In this document: piece by piece, positions 15,447 to 19,947 of the stretch
Position numbering within the stretch: position 1 is the stretch's first letter
How the letters are laid out: each line of letters begins with the position of its first letter
Assembly (NCBI GenBank): GCA_043800755.1
Contig: JAZDMQ010000003.1
Location: 1-19,947 of the forward strand
DNA: 19,947 nt
From: a bacterium
GTDB lineage: Bacteria > Methylomirabilota > Methylomirabilia > CAVQYV01
Reading direction: 5' to 3'
The notes under the pieces: model-generated
What the model was told of the DNA's origin: nothing
What the model saw: the letters and a program-made list of their open reading frames with translations, nothing else
The model's database searches: none
Position numbers and translations under genes: made by a program

Positions 15447-17588
15447 TTGATCAAACTGAGACCGATCTTCATCTTGATTATCGCCTGCCTCCTGCTCTCC
15501 CCGCTCCTGCCTTTATCGGGCGGGGCTGAGGGACAAATCTTCCTCCAACCCTCGAAGTCGGAAAAGGAAAAGGGGAAGGGGCGCATTGAGGCCGATCGCC
15601 TGGATTTCTTAGAGGGGGGCCGGATCATCGAGGCGACCGGGAATGTCAACCTCTCTTACGGCGAATTCTGGATCCGGGCTGATCGGGTGAGGTACGAGCG
15701 GGAAACTGAGGAGGTGCTGGCCGAGGGCGCGGTCTTCCTTACGGACGGGAAGAGTCGCCTGGAGGGGACCCGCCTGGAATATAATTCCGGGACGGGTCAA
15801 GGGACCCTATATCAGGGGAACGGCTTCCTGTCACCTACCCTCTGGGTGACGGGGATGGAGATCAAGAGGCAAGATGAAAATACCTATTATCTCTCTCAAG
15901 CCACTCTCACCCCTTGCCCCCGCGAGGGGGAGGGCTCGCCCGATTGGGAGATCCGGGCCCAGAAGGCGACGATCCACCTCGACGCCACCGCAGTGGCCAA
16001 AGGCGCCTCATTCTGGGTGAAGGGAATTCCCCTTCTTTATTCCCCCCTCCTCGCTGCCCCAGCCGGAGAACGCCAGTCCGGATTCCTGATCCCCCAGACA
16101 GGTTACAGCACCAGAGAAGGGTTTATCCTCAAGAACGCCTATTTTTGGGCCATCAGCCCCTCGCAGGACGCTACCTTCTCCCTCAATTATCGCAGCAAGC
16201 GGGGCCTCGAGGAGGGACTGGAATATCGCTACATCCTCTCGCCAAAGGCCCGGGGGCAATTCGATGGCACCTATACTTATGATCAGCTTCGGAACGAGAA
16301 CTGCTGGAAGGTCACCTATCGCCATCAGCAGGAGATCCAACCCGACCTCAATGCCAAGCTAAACCTCGACCTGCAGAACACGAGGAATTATCAGCGGATC
16401 TACAATCCCGATACCGAGGTTCGCTCCCAACGCCTCCAGACCTCGGAAGGATATATGACGCAGAACTGGAGCAATGAATCCCTCATGCTCTGGGGCCATT
16501 ATAGCAAAGACCTCCGCCAACCCGAGTACCTCTATCGGCTGCCGGAATTGAGCTTTCTCTCCTTCCGCCAGCCTTGGGAGAGCATCCCCCTCTATTTTCA
16601 CCTCAACTCCTCTGCGGCTTATTTCGAAAGTGGTTTCGGTCCCAAGGGCGAGAGCGGAAGGGTATTGAACTTGGGTCGTTTCGATTTGTATCCTCGTCTG
16701 ACCCTTCCCCTGAGCCTGGGGGGGGTTGCCAGCCTCACCCCTCTCGTCGCCTTCCGCGAGACCCTTTATACCCGGGACCGGGAGGAAGATCGGGTGTTCA
16801 GCCGCGAGGTCTATCAGCTACAGGCCCGGCTGGATTCTCATCTCTCCCGGACTTTCGAGGCAGGAGGAGAGACCCTGAAAGGAATCCATCATATCATCGA
16901 ACCGATGGTCGCCTATGAATACATCCCAGAGGTGGATCAGTCAGGTCTGCGGCACAACGACGAATTGGACTTCCTCAGTCCCCAGAACGGCATTACCTAT
17001 TCCCTGACCAATCGCCTCTGGGCCAAGTTTAGAGAGGGGGAAGGCAGCCGTATCCAAGAGATTTTCATCCTACGCCTCTCCCAGAGCTACAACATCCATG
17101 GACCTCACCAAGGCTACCCCAATCCGGAGCTGGGGGTCGCCCACAATGAACTGCGATCGGGCTTGGGCCTTCGCTTCTCGGAGAGGCGATTTTCCGACAT
17201 CAACGCCCACCTCGGCCTGAACCCGGTCAAGTTCCTGAACCTGGCCCTGGACGCCAACTACGACCCTGGAGGGAATCATATCGATACCCTCGATCCCTAC
17301 CTGGGATTGCAGCTCCCCCACAATGTGAGCCTGACCACCGGGTATCACTACGCCCCCGAGCTCAAAGTCAATGCCTTCCATGGGAAATGCGACCTCAAGC
17401 TGGGGGAGTGGGCCGCCCTGAGCTATTACACCCGCTATAATTTCGAGCGCTCCACCTTCTTGGAGAACAAGATCATGGTCACCTACTTCGGCCCCTGCTG
17501 GTCCGTTACCTTCGGCTATATTCGAAGGCCGGACCAGAACGACTTCCGATTCAGCTTTGACCTTCGGACCATCAGTGGGGTGAAATAA
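15447..17588 (+). CDS. lptD: LPS-assembly outer-membrane protein LptD (OstA)
   Basis: Signal peptide; N-terminal OstA-like jellyroll (IEADRL, ATGNV, IRADRVRY); TPC...PDWEIRA; RQSGFLIP; YFWAI; long aromatic-rich beta-barrel region ending in CWSV...FRFSFDL; 713 aa. Confidence 0.9.
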   Translation: MIKLRPIFILIIACLLLSPLLPLSGGAEGQIFLQPSKSEKEKGKGRIEADRLDFLEGGRIIEATGNVNLSYGEFWIRADRVRYERETEEVLAEGAVFLTDGKSRLEGTRLEYNSGTGQGTLYQGNGFLSPTLWVTGMEIKRQDENTYYLSQATLTPCPREGEGSPDWEIRAQKATIHLDATAVAKGASFWVKGIPLLYSPLLAAPAGERQSGFLIPQTGYSTREGFILKNAYFWAISPSQDATFSLNYRSKRGLEEGLEYRYILSPKARGQFDGTYTYDQLRNENCWKVTYRHQQEIQPDLNAKLNLDLQNTRNYQRIYNPDTEVRSQRLQTSEGYMTQNWSNESLMLWGHYSKDLRQPEYLYRLPELSFLSFRQPWESIPLYFHLNSSAAYFESGFGPKGESGRVLNLGRFDLYPRLTLPLSLGGVASLTPLVAFRETLYTRDREEDRVFSREVYQLQARLDSHLSRTFEAGGETLKGIHHIIEPMVAYEYIPEVDQSGLRHNDELDFLSPQNGITYSLTNRLWAKFREGEGSRIQEIFILRLSQSYNIHGPHQGYPNPELGVAHNELRSGLGLRFSERRFSDINAHLGLNPVKFLNLALDANYDPGGNHIDTLDPYLGLQLPHNVSLTTGYHYAPELKVNAFHGKCDLKLGEWAALSYYTRYNFERSTFLENKIMVTYFGPCWSVTFGYIRRPDQNDFRFSFDLRTISGVK

Positions 17589-17595
17589 TCCGGTT

Positions 17596-18807
17596 ATGAT
17601 CGACATCACTCGGCTCTTATGCGGGAAGGCCACCCCAGGGGAGGTCCTGCGCTACGGTCGTGAGTCTTCCCGCCTTCCTTCCCATCTACAGAGGTTCTCC
17701 AAGGACAAGCGGCCCGTGGTGGTCTGGAATATGACCTCGCGTTGCAATCTGAGCTGTCTCCACTGCTACGCGGATGCCACGACCAGGGCGGACCCTCAGG
17801 AGCTAACCACCCAGGAGGCCCGCTCGATCATCGACGATCTGGCGCGCTTCGGGGTCCCGGTCCTCCTCTTCTCCGGCGGAGAGCCATTGCTGCGAGCGGA
17901 TCTCTTCGAAGTCGGCCATTATGCCTCCTCCCTGGGGATCCGCGCAGTGATCTCCACCAATGGGACCCTGATCGATGGCCAGGCAGCGAGAAGGATCAAA
18001 GAGGCCGGCTTTTCCTATGTGGGCGTGAGCCTGGATGGCCTGGAGGAGACCAACGACCGCTTTCGGGGTTATCGGGGCGCATTCCAGGAGGCCCTCTCCG
18101 GAATTCGCGCATGCCGCCAGGAAGGGATCAAGGTCGGCCTGCGATTCACCATCTGCCGGTACAACTTCCAGGAGGTGGACAGCATCCTCGACCTTCTGGA
18201 GGCGGAAGGGATTCCGCGGGCCTGCTTCTACCACCTGGTCTACACGGGCAGGGGCAAGGGGCTTTCTGACCAGGACATCTCTCTTCCCCAGAAGCGGGCC
18301 TTGATCGACCTGATCTTCTCCCGGACGCTGGACTTCTGCCGACGCGGCCTGAATCTGGAGATCCTGACCGTAGATAATCATACCGATGGGGTGTATCTCT
18401 ATCTTAAGGAGCGGGAAACCCATCCGGAGAGGGCCAATGAGATCCGGGAGCTGTTGCGCTGGAACGGGGGCAACAGCTCCGGAGTGGGCATCGGCAACAT
18501 TGACCATAAGGGCGATGTGCACGCTGATCAGTTCTGGCAACACTATTCCCTGGGAAATGTTCGGCAGAGGCCATTTTCCGTCATTTGGCAGGACACCTCT
18601 GACCCCCTCCTCCGGGGACTCAAAGATCGCAAGGGCCTGGTAAAAGGGAAATGCAGTCGCTGCCATTTCTTCGATCTCTGCAATGGCAACTTCCGGGTAA
18701 GGGCGGAGGCGATCTTTCATGACCTCTGGGCGGAGGATCCCGCCTGCTATCTGAGTGAAGAGGAGATCCAGGAAAGGGGGGCCAGGGGAGAGAATCCGCA
18801 GGGCTGA
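17596..18807 (+). CDS. ahbC: Radical SAM/SPASM Fe-coproporphyrin III synthase (12,18-didecarboxysiroheme deacetylase) of the siroheme-dependent heme pathway
   Basis: N-terminus [14 protein letters not shown]...[11 protein letters not shown], CxxxCxxC (CNLSCLHC), [35 protein letters not shown] and SPASM cysteines; adjacent to hemB. Confidence 0.88.
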   Translation: MIDITRLLCGKATPGEVLRYGRESSRLPSHLQRFSKDKRPVVVWNMTSRCNLSCLHCYADATTRADPQELTTQEARSIIDDLARFGVPVLLFSGGEPLLRADLFEVGHYASSLGIRAVISTNGTLIDGQAARRIKEAGFSYVGVSLDGLEETNDRFRGYRGAFQEALSGIRACRQEGIKVGLRFTICRYNFQEVDSILDLLEAEGIPRACFYHLVYTGRGKGLSDQDISLPQKRALIDLIFSRTLDFCRRGLNLEILTVDNHTDGVYLYLKERETHPERANEIRELLRWNGGNSSGVGIGNIDHKGDVHADQFWQHYSLGNVRQRPFSVIWQDTSDPLLRGLKDRKGLVKGKCSRCHFFDLCNGNFRVRAEAIFHDLWAEDPACYLSEEEIQERGARGENPQG

Positions 18808-18872
18808 AGAATCGTCAGTCCCTATTCGTCCTCACTGCCAAAGAGGCAGGAGAGATCTTCCAAGGAGGACCT

Positions 18873-19847
18873 ATGCATTACCCCATCTATCGGCCGAGGC
18901 GCTTACGGGAAAAAGAGGCGCTGCGCTCCATGGTTCGCGAGACCGAGCTCTCGGTGAAGGATCTCATCTACCCCCTCTTCGTGGTTCACGGAAAGGGGCA
19001 GCGCCGCGAGATTTCCTCCATGCCGGGGAACTTTCATCTCTCCGTGGACGAACTGGTGAAAGAGGCCAAGGAGGTAGAGAGGCTGGGCATCCCTGCCATC
19101 CTCCTTTTCGGCATCCCCGCCACCAAGGACGCCGTCGGCTCCGAGGCCTATGACCCCCATGGCATCGTTCAAGAAGCGGTGAGGGCAGTCAAGAGGGAGA
19201 TCTCTGATCTTTTGGTCATCACCGATGTCTGCCTCTGTGGATACACCAGCCACGGACACTGTGGGGTCATCGAAGGAGGGCGGCTCAGGAACGATCCGAC
19301 CCTCGAGCTCTTGGCCAAGACGGCCGTCTCCCAGGTCGAGGCAGGCGCCGACCTCGTGGCCCCTTCCGATATGATGGATGGAAGGGTCTCTGCCATCCGC
19401 GAGGCGTTGGATGAGTCGGGGTTTCAAGAGACACCGATCATGTCCTACGCCGCCAAGTATGCCTCCAGCTTCTACGGGCCCTTCCGGGAGGCGGCCGAGT
19501 CGGCCCCCCAATTCGGAGACCGAAAATCCTACCAGATGGACCCCGCCAATACCGACGAGGCCATGCGGGAGGTCGCCCTCGATCTGGAGGAGGGGGCCGA
19601 CATCATTATGATAAAACCAGCGCTCTCTTATCTCGATGTCCTCTGGAGGGCCAGACAGGAATTCGGGGTCCCCATGGCCGCCTACAGTGTGAGTGGGGAA
19701 TTTGCTATGATCAAGGCCGCATCTAGGCTGGGGTGGCTGGAGGAAGAGAAGGTGATGATGGAAACCCTGACCAGCATCAAGCGGGCGGGGGCAGACTTGA
19801 TCATCACCTATTTTGCCCGGGAGGCGGCCCGCCTCCTCGGGAAATAG
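18873..19847 (+). CDS. hemB: Porphobilinogen synthase (delta-aminolevulinate dehydratase), Zn-binding type
   Basis: [53 protein letters not shown] and SGEF motifs; SD AGGAGG. Confidence 0.97.
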   Translation: MHYPIYRPRRLREKEALRSMVRETELSVKDLIYPLFVVHGKGQRREISSMPGNFHLSVDELVKEAKEVERLGIPAILLFGIPATKDAVGSEAYDPHGIVQEAVRAVKREISDLLVITDVCLCGYTSHGHCGVIEGGRLRNDPTLELLAKTAVSQVEAGADLVAPSDMMDGRVSAIREALDESGFQETPIMSYAAKYASSFYGPFREAAESAPQFGDRKSYQMDPANTDEAMREVALDLEEGADIIMIKPALSYLDVLWRARQEFGVPMAAYSVSGEFAMIKAASRLGWLEEEKVMMETLTSIKRAGADLIITYFAREAARLLGK

Positions 19848-19864
19848 AGGCCTGCCTTATCAAG

Positions 19865-19947
19865 ATGAGAGTCGCCCCGATCCTCTTTTCCGTTCTGCTC
19901 GTTCTCCTCTCTCTGTCGGCTCCCTTCTTTGCCGAGGCGGGAGGAGG
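19865..19947 (+). CDS. 5' fragment of a probable exported protein
   Basis: ATG 19865 opens MRVAPILFSVLLVLLSLSAPFFAEAGG to the window end: basic N-terminus, hydrophobic core and an AEA cleavage-like motif. No clear SD. Confidence 0.55.
   Translation, partial: MRVAPILFSVLLVLLSLSAPFFAEAGG

Noticed and set aside
1..19947. CRISPR arrays, tRNA/rRNA genes, transposases, integrases
   Set aside because: I saw no regularly spaced repeats, cloverleaf-like sequences or mobility-gene motifs; nearly all of the sequence is explained by enzyme genes.

Overview
GC-rich bacterial window from a diderm (LptD present), probably an anaerobe or microaerophile (AhbC, corrinoid proteins, IorA-like enzyme). It holds 15 complete CDSs and two partial ones. 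Left part: a partial HAD hydrolase missed by the ORF track, a DUF523-DUF1722 (TudS/RudS-like) protein, a Tat-exported M15 peptidase and an acetamidase/formamidase-family protein. A minus-strand unit follows, transcribed as IorA-like alpha subunit (no ferredoxin tail, no iorB), D-2-hydroxyacid dehydrogenase, hisG, iolB-like. Diverging from it across a structured ~300-bp spacer is the most interesting block: DUF1638, corrinoid protein, LarA-family racemase/epimerase, UroD-fold methyltransferase-like protein, Gci-like enolase-superfamily enzyme and a RACE/RACo-type corrinoid activator. This is a cobalamin methyl-transfer module interleaved with two hydroxy-acid or sugar-acid isomerising enzymes. 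lptD, ahbC and hemB follow, then the start of a secreted protein. I saw no rRNA, tRNA, CRISPR or mobile element. All family calls come from motif recognition by eye; no database search was run.
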